A stretch of 64,000 bases of DNA from Nitrospina sp. LS_NOB (GCA_001542995.1 LFLA01000025.1:27606-91605); one strand, 5' to 3'. Shown: positions 27,405-38,306, counted from the first letter of the stretch. Made by a program: numbers and translations. The notes: a model not told the origin generated them from the letters alone.

Positions 27405-28553
27405 TCAGGCGGGCTTTTCTTCCTTCATCGGTTCGATCTTGATATCTAACGTCTTGACCTGACCATCGCGGATCACTTCGACCTTCACGGATTTTCCCGG
27501 TGTGATCGATGCGACCTGCTTGGGTAGCGTTTCCATCAATGCGATTTTAACGCCATCAAACCGGGTGATGACATCGCCGCGCTTCATGCCACCGCGGTCG
27601 GCAGGGCCGTTGGGAACGATATCGTTGACCAAAGCGCCCTTTGGATTTTTGAGCTTGAAAGATTCCTGCAACTCAGGCGTGATTCTCTGAATCATGACAC
27701 CTAACCAGCCGCGCGTGACTTTGCCTTTCTGTTTTAAATCATCAAGAATGCCTTTGGCCATATTGATAGGCAGGGCAAAACCAATGCCCACGTTTCCGCC
27801 ACTGCCGGAAAAGATCGCAGTGTTGATGCCTATGACATCTCCGTTCATGTTTAGTAATGGTCCGCCGCTGTTGCCGGGATTGATCGAGGCATCTGTCTGG
27901 ATGAACTCATCATAGGGTCCGGCACCAATGTTCCTGCCTTTAGCGCTGACCACGCCTGTGGTCACGGTATGGGACAGGCCGAACGGGTTGCCAATGGCGA
28001 CCACCCATTCACCGACTTCCAATTGTTTAGAATCGCCTAGGGCCAAAAATGGGAAGGACGTATGTTCCCCATTTTCCTGAACGATTTTTATCAATGCGAT
28101 GTCGGTCTTGGGGTCTGATCCGACAAGCCGGGCTTCGTATTCTTTTTCATTTTGCAGGGCCACTTTTATGATGTCGGCACCTTCCACGACATGGTTGTTG
28201 GTCAGAATATGCCCTTCATGGTCAATGATGAATCCAGTTCCGGTGCCGTTCCCCGGTGTGGGGGGAGGCGCAAAAGGTCCGCCCCTGGATGGCGGAGGAA
28301 ACTGCCCGAAGGATCCCGGAGGATTTCCTTTTGCCGGTTGAATTTTAGTTTTGGATGTGACGAATACGACAGCGGGGTTCTTCTTTTTCGCGATTTCCAC
28401 AATCAGGTTGGTGCCTACAGGAATGGCTTTGGTGCTAAGGCCAAATGCGGAATCGGCAGTGAAAAAACCTGGGATCCCCATTCCATAAGAAAGCGGAAGG
28501 ACCATCAGAGTGAACAGGGCAATGGCAACTGGGAACTTTAATTTTTGAGTCAT
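27405..28553 (-). CDS. HtrA/DegP-family periplasmic serine protease, single PDZ domain
   Basis: Signal peptide. Catalytic triad context TNNHVV / DIALIK / GNSGGPLL. One PDZ (GALVNDIVPNGPADRGGMKRGDVI). Confidence 0.92.
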   Translation of the reverse strand: MTQKLKFPVAIALFTLMVLPLSYGMGIPGFFTADSAFGLSTKAIPVGTNLIVEIAKKKNPAVVFVTSKTKIQPAKGNPPGSFGQFPPPSRGGPFAPPPTPGNGTGTGFIIDHEGHILTNNHVVEGADIIKVALQNEKEYEARLVGSDPKTDIALIKIVQENGEHTSFPFLALGDSKQLEVGEWVVAIGNPFGLSHTVTTGVVSAKGRNIGAGPYDEFIQTDASINPGNSGGPLLNMNGDVIGINTAIFSGSGGNVGIGFALPINMAKGILDDLKQKGKVTRGWLGVMIQRITPELQESFKLKNPKGALVNDIVPNGPADRGGMKRGDVITRFDGVKIALMETLPKQVASITPGKSVKVEVIRDGQVKTLDIKIEPMKEEKPA

Positions 28554-28722
28554 GATGGAAAACCTCCAACTCTATTGATTTTTTGAAACCGTGACAACAC
28601 GGGTTTTGATAATTAATGCTGTTGAAATAATAATAAAACCTGAAAGTTAAAGGTCCATTAATTCCCAATTAAAAATCCTTAATGAGATTTGTTTAATTTA
28701 AAAGGAGAGCTTTGCATAACCC

Positions 28723-28798
28723 GAGATTCTTCGTCGCAATGCTCATCAGAATGACAAAAGTACTTTTTCTTGTCATGCTGAGCTTGTCGAAGCATCTC
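28723..28798. repeat. imperfect palindromic element (about 32-nt arms) in the htrA-dnaJ spacer
   Basis: GAGATTCTTCGTCGCAATGCTCATCAGAATGACA ... TGTCATGCTGAGCTTGTCGAAGCATCTC. The arms are reverse complements apart from a few mismatches and indels. Confidence 0.6.
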
Positions 28799-28914
28799 GC
28801 TTTTCTGCTTTTTTGACTTATGCAAAGGCATCATTTAGAAGAGGGTGGTGAACTCTACCGGGTGCAGAGTATTTTAAGCGTCGATGGAATTTGGAAATAA
28901 ATCGCATGAAAAGA

Positions 28915-30003
28915 TTACATCCGTAATTTCTGAAAAAAGCCTTTTAACGTTTCCTTGACGGAGTTGCCGTCTATTTCGGACAGTTCCCTGAACAACTCCT
29001 TTTGTCTCTTGTTCAGGCCTTTGGGTGTTTCTACAATGAAATGAATCATCAGGTCACCTCTGCCGTGTCCGCGTAATTGTGGAACCCCGGCACCAGGAAT
29101 TCGATAGCTTTCATTCGTTTGCACACCGGCAGGAACAGATATAACCTGGGACTTCCCTTCATCGAGAAGGGGAACCTCGATATCAGCTCCCAGAGCGGCC
29201 TGGGAAAATGTCAGCATCAGCCGGCAATGGATATCGTGGCCTTCTCGATGAAAAGACTCATGTGCGGCGACATGCATGATGACATAAAGGTCCCCCGGTG
29301 GAAGGCCTTGTTGTCCCGGCTCTCCCTCCTCTCTTAATCGAAGACGGGAGCCATCGTCGACACCTGCTGGAATATTGATGGAAAGTTTTTTATTTTTAAG
29401 AACCCGTCCATCTCCATGGCATTCGGTGCAGGGATGGGTAATGGTTTGTCCTGCACCCCGGCAATCGGGGCAGGTAGACTGGACGCTAAAAAACCCTTGC
29501 GCACGGATGACCTGGCCGGTCCCTCTGCAGGTTCGGCAGGGTTGGGGACTGTGACCGGGTTTTGCTCCGGAACCTCTGCAGGTTCCGCAAGGGTTATGCT
29601 TGCTAACTTCAACTTCTTTTTCGGTACCAAAGACCGCTTCCTGAAAGGATATGGAGATATCAAGGCGCAGGTCTGATCCTGCCCTTTGTCCACCCCCTCC
29701 GCCAAAGAAGTCACCAAAAATATCGCCAAACTGGGAGAAGATGTCATCGAATCCGCTGAATCCGCCAAAACCACGGCCCTTAAGGCCTTCGTGGCCGAAC
29801 TGATCATAGACTTGCCTTTTTTCCGGGTTTTTCAGGATATCGTAAGCCTCGGAGGCTTCCTTAAACTTATCTTCTGCCTGTTTATCGCCGGGGTTTTTGT
29901 CGGGGTGGTATTTGAGGGCTTGTTGCCGGTAGGCTTTTTTCAGTTCACTTTCATTGGCACTTTTAGAAACGCCGAGTACTTCATAATAATCACGTTGGCT
30001 CAT
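28915..30003 (-). CDS. dnaJ: chaperone DnaJ (type I Hsp40)
   Basis: J domain (YYEVLGV...KYHPDKNPG), G/F-rich region, four CxxCxGxG repeats (CGTCRGSG, CRTCRGTG, CPDCRGAG, CTECHGDG) and the C-terminal domains. Confidence 0.95.
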   Translation of the reverse strand: MSQRDYYEVLGVSKSANESELKKAYRQQALKYHPDKNPGDKQAEDKFKEASEAYDILKNPEKRQVYDQFGHEGLKGRGFGGFSGFDDIFSQFGDIFGDFFGGGGGQRAGSDLRLDISISFQEAVFGTEKEVEVSKHNPCGTCRGSGAKPGHSPQPCRTCRGTGQVIRAQGFFSVQSTCPDCRGAGQTITHPCTECHGDGRVLKNKKLSINIPAGVDDGSRLRLREEGEPGQQGLPPGDLYVIMHVAAHESFHREGHDIHCRLMLTFSQAALGADIEVPLLDEGKSQVISVPAGVQTNESYRIPGAGVPQLRGHGRGDLMIHFIVETPKGLNKRQKELFRELSEIDGNSVKETLKGFFQKLRM

Positions 30004-30116
30004 GAGTCGTTATTTTCCAGTAAGAACCACTAGGCGTGGAGCCAGCCAGCAATCGCTTTATTTGCCAGCAAAGTGATAGCTCGGTTTGATGAGTCCTTGC
30101 CCAGTTGCCTCCCCTG

Positions 30117-30722
30117 CTAAGGGGTTTTTAAATGGGCCACTTTGACTTTGGCGGCCTTGATCAACTTTTCCTTAAAAACATAACCCGGCTCCAGCTCTTC
30201 AACAATCATATTATCCTTTTCCGGATCGGTGGTGTCTTCCGTCATGATAACTTCGTCTGTTTCTGGATTGAATTTTCGGTTCTGAGTGTCGATTTTTTCC
30301 ACTCCGTTGTTCTTCAGTTCCCGGGCGTATTGTTTGGCAACCAGTTCCACACCTTGCTGAAGCGCATCCTTGTTTGAGTCGGTGGTTTGAATGGCCCGGT
30401 TCAAATTGTCAAGAATCGGGATCAAGCGTGCGAACAGGTTGGCCTTGAACTGATCCAGGCGAATGTCGTTGTCTTTTTCCAGGCGCTTACGAAAGTCATC
30501 ATTTTCCCCGGATTTTTCTTTGTAGGCAGCAATGTATTCGCGAAGGCGTTTGTCTTTTTCTTCTGCCTCCTGCTTGAGTTGTTCCACATAGGTGGGCAAG
30601 CGTTCGTCAATGTTCGCGCTCGCTTCACCATTGGTTTCTTCGTCAATCAGGGAAGATCTTCGGTCAACAATATTAATGACGGGTTCGTCTTTGGCTTTTG
30701 CAGGTTGATTTTTTTTGGCCAT
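30117..30722 (-). CDS. grpE: nucleotide exchange factor GrpE
   Basis: Coiled-coil N-terminus and GrpE C-terminal beta domain (EELEPGYVFKEKLIKAAKVKV). I take the start at ATG 30722 (MAKKNQ...). Confidence 0.9.
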   Translation of the reverse strand: MAKKNQPAKAKDEPVINIVDRRSSLIDEETNGEASANIDERLPTYVEQLKQEAEEKDKRLREYIAAYKEKSGENDDFRKRLEKDNDIRLDQFKANLFARLIPILDNLNRAIQTTDSNKDALQQGVELVAKQYARELKNNGVEKIDTQNRKFNPETDEVIMTEDTTDPEKDNMIVEELEPGYVFKEKLIKAAKVKVAHLKTP

Positions 30723-30793
30723 GGAGTTGTTCGTGTTTGTTGGGAAATAGATTCGTGCCCCCGAAGAACTCGGGGGCACGCGATTGGGTACTA

Positions 30794-32707
30794 TTATTTT
30801 TTCCCGACATCCTCAAACTCGGCATCGACAACGTCATCGTCCGACTTGCTTTCGCTGTCAGCGTCTGCACCCGCGTCACCCTCGGGGGGTGTTTCGCCGT
30901 CTTGCTGTTCCTGGGATTGGGAATACATAGATTGAGCCAGTTTGTGGGCCACCTCATTGACTTTTTCCAGCTGCTCTTTCATAGCCGGTACTTCGCCTTC
31001 AAGGTGTTTCTTGGCTTCTTCTATAGCTTCTTCAGCTTCTTTGATATCTTCCTCTTTGAGCTTTTCTTTATTTTCCTTAATGGTTTTTTCTGTGCTGTAA
31101 ATGACGGAATCAAGCTGGTTTTTTACGTCAATTTTCTCCCGTCTTTCCTTATCCACTTCTGCATTGGTTTCAGCATCTTTCACCATTTGCTCGATATCGC
31201 TTTCGCTCAAACCGGTTGAGTCGGTTATGGTGATTTTTTGTTCCTTGCCGGTACCCTTATCTTTGGCGCCTACATGTAGAATGCCATTGGCATCAATGTC
31301 AAAGGTCACTTCAATTTGCGGCATGCCCCGGGGTGCAGGTGGAATTCCGTCCAGATGGAATTTCCCGATAGACCGGTTATCCTTTGCCATTTCGCGCTCA
31401 CCCTGGATAACATTGATCTCTACCGAAGGCTGGTTGTCTGCGGCCGTCGAAAAGGTCTCCGCCTTGCGAGTGGGGATGGTTGTGTTACGTTCAATAAGTT
31501 TTGTGGTGACCCCGCCCAGTGTTTCAATTCCGAGAGAAAGCGGAGTGACATCAAGAAGAAGGATATCTTTCACGTCACCGGAAAGGACACCTGCCTGAAC
31601 CGCTGCACCCAGTGCGACCACTTCGTCCGGATTAACACCGCGATGAGGCTCCTTACCAAAAAGGGTTTTAACCAGTTCCTGTGTTTTGGGGATCCGGGTG
31701 GAGCCGCCGACCAGAATCGCTTCATGAACTTGATCTGCTTTCACTCCGGCATCCTTTAATGCCTGGACACAGGGAGTCTTTGATTTTTCTATTAGATCAT
31801 CAATCATGCTTTCAAATTTTGCTCTGGAAAGTTTGATGTTGAGATGCTTGGGGCCTCCCGCGTCCGCAGTGATGAAGGGAAGGTTGATATCGGTTTCATT
31901 GGTGGTTGAAAGTTCCATTTTGGCTTTTTCAGCCGCTTCTTTAAGCCTTTGCAGAGCCATATTGTCTTTGGAAAGATCAATGCCCTGTTCCTTTTTAAAC
32001 TCGTCTACCAGCCAGTTGATAACACGCTGATCAAGATTGTCACCACCCAGATGCGTGTCCCCGTTTGTGGCTTTAACTTCGACGACATTGTCGCCCACTT
32101 CAAGGATTGAAATATCAAAAGTACCGCCACCGAAGTCATAAACTGCAATGGTGTGGTCCTTATTCTTGTCCAGTCCATAAGCCAGCGCGGAGGCGGTGGG
32201 CTCGTTGATAATCCGCTTAACTTCCAGTCCTGCAATTTTCCCGGCATCTTTGGTTGCCTGGCGTTGGGCATCATTGAAGTATGCCGGTACAGTGATAACG
32301 GCTTCGGTGACCGGTTGGCCAAGATAGGCTTCTGCGGATTTCTTCAATTTTTGCAGAATCATGGCTGATATTTCGGGGGGAGTGTAAGACTTATCGCCGG
32401 CTTTTATCCGAACTTCCTTGTTGGATCCTTGAATGACTTCGTAAGGAACCATTTTCATTTCTTCCGACACTTCATTCAGGGCTCGGCCCATGAAACGTTT
32501 GATGGAGAAAATCGTATTTTCCGGGTTAGCGATGGCCTGTCTTTTTGCCACTTGCCCCACCAGTATCTCGCCTTCTTTCGTGAATGCGACTACGGAAGGA
32601 GTGGTCCGGCTTCCTTCCTCATTGAGGATAACTTTAGGTTCGCTTCCTTCCATAACGGCGACCACGGAGTTGGTGGTGCCCAAGTCTATGCCTACGATTT
32701 TTCCCAT
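30794..32707 (-). CDS. dnaK: chaperone DnaK (Hsp70)
   Basis: [29 protein letters not shown] and an acidic C-terminal tail. I take the start at ATG 32707 ([10 protein letters not shown]). Confidence 0.97.
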   Translation of the reverse strand: MGKIVGIDLGTTNSVVAVMEGSEPKVILNEEGSRTTPSVVAFTKEGEILVGQVAKRQAIANPENTIFSIKRFMGRALNEVSEEMKMVPYEVIQGSNKEVRIKAGDKSYTPPEISAMILQKLKKSAEAYLGQPVTEAVITVPAYFNDAQRQATKDAGKIAGLEVKRIINEPTASALAYGLDKNKDHTIAVYDFGGGTFDISILEVGDNVVEVKATNGDTHLGGDNLDQRVINWLVDEFKKEQGIDLSKDNMALQRLKEAAEKAKMELSTTNETDINLPFITADAGGPKHLNIKLSRAKFESMIDDLIEKSKTPCVQALKDAGVKADQVHEAILVGGSTRIPKTQELVKTLFGKEPHRGVNPDEVVALGAAVQAGVLSGDVKDILLLDVTPLSLGIETLGGVTTKLIERNTTIPTRKAETFSTAADNQPSVEINVIQGEREMAKDNRSIGKFHLDGIPPAPRGMPQIEVTFDIDANGILHVGAKDKGTGKEQKITITDSTGLSESDIEQMVKDAETNAEVDKERREKIDVKNQLDSVIYSTEKTIKENKEKLKEEDIKEAEEAIEEAKKHLEGEVPAMKEQLEKVNEVAHKLAQSMYSQSQEQQDGETPPEGDAGADADSESKSDDDVVDAEFEDVGKK

Positions 32708-32790
32708 TAGCTTTGATCCTTTCCTTGTTTTTATAAATACCATTTACCGGGTTGAGTAAATGGGTGATATCTCTTTGCAAATCTGCTAGT

Positions 32791-32819
32791 TAAATAAGAC
32801 CCCATAGCAGTCGTGTCAA
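32791..32819 (-). promoter_or_regulatory. candidate sigma-70-type promoter for dnaK-grpE-dnaJ
   Basis: Minus strand reads TTGACA-N17-TATTTA, about 80 nt upstream of the dnaK ATG. Confidence 0.4.
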
Positions 32820-33005
32820 GCTGGCGGGAGGATTTTTTTGTTTGATTTTTGGTGGAATTCTGAGGCAGAGGGGAGGTTTTAAGTTATTCAAATTAAATGA
32901 ACTAACCCATTTTGGGCTCAAAGACCGAGTAGAAACAAATTTACCTCACTTTTCTTTCTTATTGGGCTATAATCAAATTTGACAGTAATTATCAGGTTTT
33001 TCGAT

Positions 33006-33398
33006 ATGACGGAGAAAAATAAGGGTGAGCACAGGGAGTTTACCCGGGTTCCCATAAAGGTCTGGGTAGAAGTGCGTTCCAAGGACGCAGTGATAAAAAT
33101 CCACGAAACTCATGACCTGAGTATGGTAGGGATATCACTCCAGCATCAGGGAGAGGCTTTACCTGTGGGAACCTTGTGCGATATTTCGGTGTTTTTAGAG
33201 GGTGCCGACCCTCCTGTTCATGTTGACATGAAGGGAAATGTTGGGCGTGTCACTGATGAAAATCTGTGTATTGAGTTTACAGAGGTGAAGTTTGAAAGTT
33301 ACGAGCATCTACAAAACCTGATTCGATATAATTCAAAGGATATTGATGCGGTCGATAAAGAAATCGATGAGCATGTTGGCCTGAAGAGAAAAGAATAA
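33006..33398 (+). CDS. PilZ-domain protein (c-di-GMP receptor type)
   Basis: REFTR (RxxxR) followed by DLSMVG (D/NxSxxG). About 130 aa, single domain. Confidence 0.8.
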   Translation: MTEKNKGEHREFTRVPIKVWVEVRSKDAVIKIHETHDLSMVGISLQHQGEALPVGTLCDISVFLEGADPPVHVDMKGNVGRVTDENLCIEFTEVKFESYEHLQNLIRYNSKDIDAVDKEIDEHVGLKRKE

Positions 33399-33427
33399 GC
33401 GTTGAAGTTTTTTATAAATTTGGAATT

Positions 33428-33788
33428 CTAGCGTTTTCTAAAAGATTTTTCTACTCGCTCATACAGGGATATGGCGAAAGCCTTTCCCTGGCATTCAAAT
33501 TGGCAGTGGGTCACCAATTTTGTGGAAGGGAAATACAGGCTGTGACCTTCCAAAGCCAGAAGGGGCACTGAAAGCACGGAAGGTTCAGGTAAGAGTGCCT
33601 TGATATTCCCTCCTATCATGTTTGATCAATTCTCCTACGGCGTCTTTCTTATCCTCAATAGAGGCTTTTCCCGGTTCAAGAGAAAACATGGTTTCTGTCA
33701 ACGCGTTGACCAGGGATGAGGGGAGGGAAAGCACGATAGCACCCGTCCACTTTCCTGTGATTTGAACGCTACCTGTGACGGTATCCAT
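33428..33788 (-). pseudogene. CheX-like (chemotaxis phosphatase family) gene split by a 1-nt frame change at about 33610
   Basis: ORF 33585..33788 ends ...DKKDAVGELIKHDRREY. ORF 33428..33619 begins MIGGNIKALLPEP... Together they read GELI(N)MIGGNIKA, the CheX core motif as I remember it. The junction is ATC AAA C ATG. Confidence 0.65.
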
Positions 33789-33868
33789 CGAGGAGGCCTC
33801 AAAAGAGTCTGGTATGGGTTGGACCTCAAAGCCTAGTGTTGTAAAAACTATTTAGTTTGAAGTTGTGC

Positions 33869-34588
33869 TTACTCTGCGTTTTCGTCCAGTCCCTGCTCCA
33901 ATTCTCCCATAAACAGAGTGGTGTCTGCTTTTGCGGGAGCCTTTGCAGCCGCTTTTCGAGCGGCGATATCTTCCAGTTCATCTTTCCCTGCCTTAGTCAG
34001 GCCCCAAGGTTCTACACCATCCTTTTTAGCCTGGCGAATTGCTTCCGTCACCTTTTGCAGTTTAACATCAGCCACATCTCTTAAAGAGATAAGCGCATCT
34101 TCATGACCATCGTACTGACAAAATGCCATGGTGTAGCAATTGGTATTTGCGCGGATCATTTTCAGAGTTATATTTGCGAAATGACAATGCACTCCGATAA
34201 GGATGCAAGTCTCAATTTTATTATGCTGAATGGTCAGGTTTGGATGGCAGGGGTTGATCACCCATTCGGGATCAATTTTAGGATAAATGGGTCGGTAGTC
34301 GGGCATGGTAATTATGTTCATACCGGGGACCTCCTTGACCAGCTCCATTGCCAACTCTGCCTTATGTACGGTTTCCTTAGTCCACCCCCAAACAATCATT
34401 GGCCCGGGAAAAAGGGTCGGGTTGCGACGAGTCAATATTTCGCGCGCGGCTTTTTTGATAGCTTCGTCAGTTGGAACCTGCTCTCCTTCAACCAAGTCCA
34501 ATCCTGAATCTTTGTCAGGCGAGAAAATACCCATTGCTGCGGCAGAAGGGGGGAGTAAACCGATAGGACCTATCTCTAATTTGGGCAT
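33869..34588 (-). CDS. conserved hypothetical protein; tentatively a CO-dehydrogenase/acetyl-CoA-synthase epsilon (CdhB)-like fold, with an Ala/Lys-rich acidic tail
   Basis: 239-aa ORF with good coding character. The family assignment is from memory only and weak. No partner subunits are adjacent. Confidence 0.55.
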   Translation of the reverse strand: MPKLEIGPIGLLPPSAAAMGIFSPDKDSGLDLVEGEQVPTDEAIKKAAREILTRRNPTLFPGPMIVWGWTKETVHKAELAMELVKEVPGMNIITMPDYRPIYPKIDPEWVINPCHPNLTIQHNKIETCILIGVHCHFANITLKMIRANTNCYTMAFCQYDGHEDALISLRDVADVKLQKVTEAIRQAKKDGVEPWGLTKAGKDELEDIAARKAAAKAPAKADTTLFMGELEQGLDENAE

Positions 34589-34811
34589 CTAAACAAACCT
34601 CCAATGAATATTTTGCAAATTGAAACCGGGTTCCCCTAAACAGGGGTTACGGAATAATTTAATCGATAAAAGTCGAGAGCCTGATTTATAACGGGCAATC
34701 GCTTTTTTTTGGACTGGGCAAACCCCATTAAGAAACGGGCATGCTATTATTAAATAAGGGGTTTGTCAATGATATTCATGTCCAGTTAAAACGGGAAGGA
34801 CAAAGATTTAT

Positions 34812-36314
34812 TTAGGGCCTAAGCGGAAGTTGAGATATTTCATCAACTTGCAGCCCTGTTGTTTGGTGGATGAGGTGAGTCACACTCGCGTCCATCATCT
34901 CCATCAATGGTCCGGGATACAATCCAATACACAATACGAGGATAGCCAATGGAATCAGCGTAGCCAATTCCCGAATTGCTAAATCTGGGAGCACTTTGGC
35001 GGCTTCTGTCGATGGCTCTCCCAACACCACCCTTTGGAGCATCCACAACATATATGCGGCAGCTAAAACAATACCGCCCATAGAGATAATAACCATGGCA
35101 AAGCTGACATAGGAAGTTCCTACTAAGACTAAAAATTCGCCAATGAAATTACTGGTGCCTGGTAGCCCAAAGGCGGCGACTGAAAACAAAAAGAACAATG
35201 CAACAAATCTTGGCATGGGTTTATGCAAGCCGCCGTAGTCAGAAATCGCTCGACTGTGAGTGCGGTCGTACAATTGTCCAACAGCAATAAATAAGGCTGC
35301 CGTAATAATCCCGTGATTAAACATTTGCAAGACGGCCCCCTGGATACCTTGGCTATTGAACACAAAAATTCCGAGAGTGACAAAACCCATGTGGGAAACT
35401 GAAGAATAGGCCACGAGCTTTTTAAGATCAGTCTGTGCTAAAGCCATGAGTCCACCGTAAATAATGGCTGCAATCGACAGCCATAAAATGAATGGTGCAA
35501 AATAAATGGAAGCTTCAGGGAAAAGAGGTAGGCAGACACGCAACAATCCGTAGGCTCCCATCTTGGATAATGCTCCAGCTAAAATAACACTGCCAGCAGT
35601 GGGTGATTCAGCATAAGCACCCGGCAACCAAGCATGAAAAGGAATCATGGGGACCTTAATAGCAAAGGCCAGAAAAAATGCGAGAAATAACCAGTATTGA
35701 GTAGAAGTGCTAAATGCATAATCTGATAACGTCACTAGATCAAATGTTTGTCCACCCTGAACATAGAGGCCCAATATAGCCAATAAGAGAAGAAGGCCAC
35801 CGCCAAAGCTATACAGGACAAATTTTAATCCAGCAGAGCTTCGACCCGGTCCCCCCCATACCACCATCAAAAAGTACGCACACACCATCGTAAGTTCCCA
35901 AAAGATATAGAAGAATACCAAATTTAGCGAAAGAAATACGCCGAGTGTGGCTGTCTCCAACAAGAGAATGAGGACCATAAAAACATGCAGATTTGTTTTG
36001 ATAGTGTTCCAAGAGCACAAAACGGCAATGGGAGTCAGCAAAGCAGTCAGGACGACCATGATAAGGCTGATGCCGTCAATACCCAAGGCATACTGAACCT
36101 TTAGCGTTGGCATTAATTCGAATCGTTCAACAAATTGCATATCGGCTTTTGCAAAATCGAACTGCATCCAGATGATTACCGACAAGCCAAAGGTGAGAAG
36201 GGTGCTGGCCAAGGCGACGCGATTGACCATTTCTCGGTCTCGGATACAGCATAAGGCTCCAATTCCCAAGGAGGGAAGCACAAGCAGCCAACTCAGAAGG
36301 TGATTTGAAAGCAT
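34812..36314 (-). CDS. antiporter-like subunit, NuoM/MrpD type (PF00361), last gene of the dabA-mrp operon
   Basis: 500 aa, about 14 TM helices. Proton_antipo_M features (FFYIFWELTMV, IKVPMIPFHAWLPGAYAESPTAGSVILAG). Confidence 0.9.
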   Translation of the reverse strand: MLSNHLLSWLLVLPSLGIGALCCIRDREMVNRVALASTLLTFGLSVIIWMQFDFAKADMQFVERFELMPTLKVQYALGIDGISLIMVVLTALLTPIAVLCSWNTIKTNLHVFMVLILLLETATLGVFLSLNLVFFYIFWELTMVCAYFLMVVWGGPGRSSAGLKFVLYSFGGGLLLLLAILGLYVQGGQTFDLVTLSDYAFSTSTQYWLFLAFFLAFAIKVPMIPFHAWLPGAYAESPTAGSVILAGALSKMGAYGLLRVCLPLFPEASIYFAPFILWLSIAAIIYGGLMALAQTDLKKLVAYSSVSHMGFVTLGIFVFNSQGIQGAVLQMFNHGIITAALFIAVGQLYDRTHSRAISDYGGLHKPMPRFVALFFLFSVAAFGLPGTSNFIGEFLVLVGTSYVSFAMVIISMGGIVLAAAYMLWMLQRVVLGEPSTEAAKVLPDLAIRELATLIPLAILVLCIGLYPGPLMEMMDASVTHLIHQTTGLQVDEISQLPLRP

Positions 36315-36362
36315 CGAATCAATAGACCCTTAAGTTCCATAAAAATTTCGACAATCTCGCAT

Positions 36363-38306
36363 TTAACTCAAAATATAAAGAAGGCTCATGATAAACACGA
36401 AACCAAAAATCAAAAAGAGAATGTTGTGCCCAATTAAGCGTGGTTTGGCAAAGACTAACATGTCGCTCAAAGGCATAGTCTGAAGACTGAACTTCCACAT
36501 ACTCTGTCGCATTTCTCTCGTCTCAGCCGATCGAGAGAACCGTTGGGCCAACCGGATGATGGGATTTACGATATACGTATCGTAGATTTCATCGACGTAG
36601 AATTTATTCCAAAATAGGACATACCATCGATTGCTTATCCTACTTGCTCTGGAGACCTGATGTTGAGATCGAACTTGTGTTGAGTATGCATAGACCCATC
36701 CCGCAATTGCCACACCAAGAGAAACCACAAGCCAAAAAGGAAAGCCATGCTCAACTGCACCTTCGCCCAACGTGACTCCTGGAAAGGTCAAAGCCGGAGC
36801 AAGAAAGTCGGCGAACCAACTCCAAAACAGAGTCAATAGCCCCCCAACAAAAACCGTAGCCAGAAAAAGGCCAGTTAAAATGGAGCCATTTAAAAGCTGT
36901 GGTCGAACAGATTGCGTCTCCAAACTATGCTGTCCTGAAGCGGGCCAGTACGTCTTTGGACCGTGAACAAAAAGCGAGGTGACACCTTTAAAAAGATATT
37001 GAGAAGTCACAAATACCGTGATCAAGCCAATGACTTTAAATCCGATCGTGGCAGAAATAAACCCCGTGACCCCCCACAAATATTCATACGATCCGGAAAA
37101 CAGCACTAACGGCGGGAGTAACGCCAACAACAAGGCCCCGCCATATAAGATCCCCATGTCATCAGAGACAGGGTGTTCATGGTCACCATGCCCAAGGCCC
37201 TGTTCCACTGATCGCAACGCATTGCCGGTAGATAGAAAAAAGAACGCTTTGTAGCACCCATGGGCAAGAAGATGGAAAATCGCAACTGCAAACGCGCCCA
37301 AACCACATGCCATAACCATGAACCCGATTTGACTCATTGTGGAATAGGCCAAAATCTTTTTGATGTCCGATTGAGTCAAGGAAACTAACCCAGCAAATAC
37401 CGCGGTAGTGGCACCAATAATGAAAATGACCGTCATGGCGAACGGAGAAAGAATAATCAATGGACTCAATCGCACTAACAAAAATGGACCCGCATTCACC
37501 ATGGTTGCAGCATGGATTAATGCAGACACAGGTGTGGGAGCTTCCATAGCAAACGGCAACCACACATGAAATGGAATCTGTGCGGATTTACCCATCACAC
37601 CTGTAAATAAAAGCAGTGAAATAAGTGTGACAGATCGAATATGAAGATCAAGACCCATCCACGCGAGGACATTTACTGTGTCATTAGCCATGGCTGGAGC
37701 TAGTTCCAAAATCTGAGGAATATCGAGTGTACCAAATGTCCTGAACGCAAGAATCACACCCAGACCGAATCCTAAATCAGCTACGGCATTGACCAAAAAC
37801 GCTTTGGTCGCAGCTTGTCCAGCTGACTTTCTATCTGCAGCATGAGAAATCAGCAGATAAGAACAGAGCCCCATGACCTCCCAAAAAAAATAAAGCATGA
37901 GCAGGTTGCGACTCATTACCACCATGAGCATGGAAAAAGTAAAGAGTGCAATCACCGCGAAGAATCGATTGTATTTAGGATCATCGATCATGTATCGAGA
38001 GGAGTACAGATGAACCACACCGCTGACACCAGTTACCAAAAGCAGCAGCAGCACAGTCAACTGATCGATATGCAAACCCAAGTCAATCGTTAAATTTCCA
38101 GACTCCAGCAGAGTATAAAGCGGCACATCAATCGGGCCATTTTTCAAGACCTGGACAAAAGCAAGGATCGACAATATAAAAGAGCCCGCAATTGCAGGGA
38201 TCCCTATTTTATGACTATCGCTTGGAAACCGGCTACCACCCAACGCAAGTACAACAAACGCCAATAAAGGGAGAAGCGGGATAAAGATATACACAAATTC
38301 CATCAC
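36363..38306 (-). CDS. antiporter-like subunit, NuoL/MrpA/DabB type (PF00662 + PF00361) with a long C-terminal extension
   Basis: 647 aa. The N-terminus MMEFVYIFIPLLPLLAFVVLAL is typical of NuoL/DabB. WEVMGLCSYLLI, SAQIPFHVWLPFAMEAPTPVSALIHAATMV. The C-terminal ~150 aa could form a lateral helix plus a terminal TM. Confidence 0.9.
   Translation of the reverse strand: MMEFVYIFIPLLPLLAFVVLALGGSRFPSDSHKIGIPAIAGSFILSILAFVQVLKNGPIDVPLYTLLESGNLTIDLGLHIDQLTVLLLLLVTGVSGVVHLYSSRYMIDDPKYNRFFAVIALFTFSMLMVVMSRNLLMLYFFWEVMGLCSYLLISHAADRKSAGQAATKAFLVNAVADLGFGLGVILAFRTFGTLDIPQILELAPAMANDTVNVLAWMGLDLHIRSVTLISLLLFTGVMGKSAQIPFHVWLPFAMEAPTPVSALIHAATMVNAGPFLLVRLSPLIILSPFAMTVIFIIGATTAVFAGLVSLTQSDIKKILAYSTMSQIGFMVMACGLGAFAVAIFHLLAHGCYKAFFFLSTGNALRSVEQGLGHGDHEHPVSDDMGILYGGALLLALLPPLVLFSGSYEYLWGVTGFISATIGFKVIGLITVFVTSQYLFKGVTSLFVHGPKTYWPASGQHSLETQSVRPQLLNGSILTGLFLATVFVGGLLTLFWSWFADFLAPALTFPGVTLGEGAVEHGFPFWLVVSLGVAIAGWVYAYSTQVRSQHQVSRASRISNRWYVLFWNKFYVDEIYDTYIVNPIIRLAQRFSRSAETREMRQSMWKFSLQTMPLSDMLVFAKPRLIGHNILFLIFGFVFIMSLLYILS

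Noticed and set aside
32708-32978. CIRCE/HrcA operator or sigma-32 promoter upstream of dnaK
   Set aside because: There is no TTAGCACTC-N9-GAGTGCTAA-like inverted repeat. CCCCATAG occurs only on the non-template orientation. Only a sigma-70-like TTGACA-N17-TATTTA is supported.
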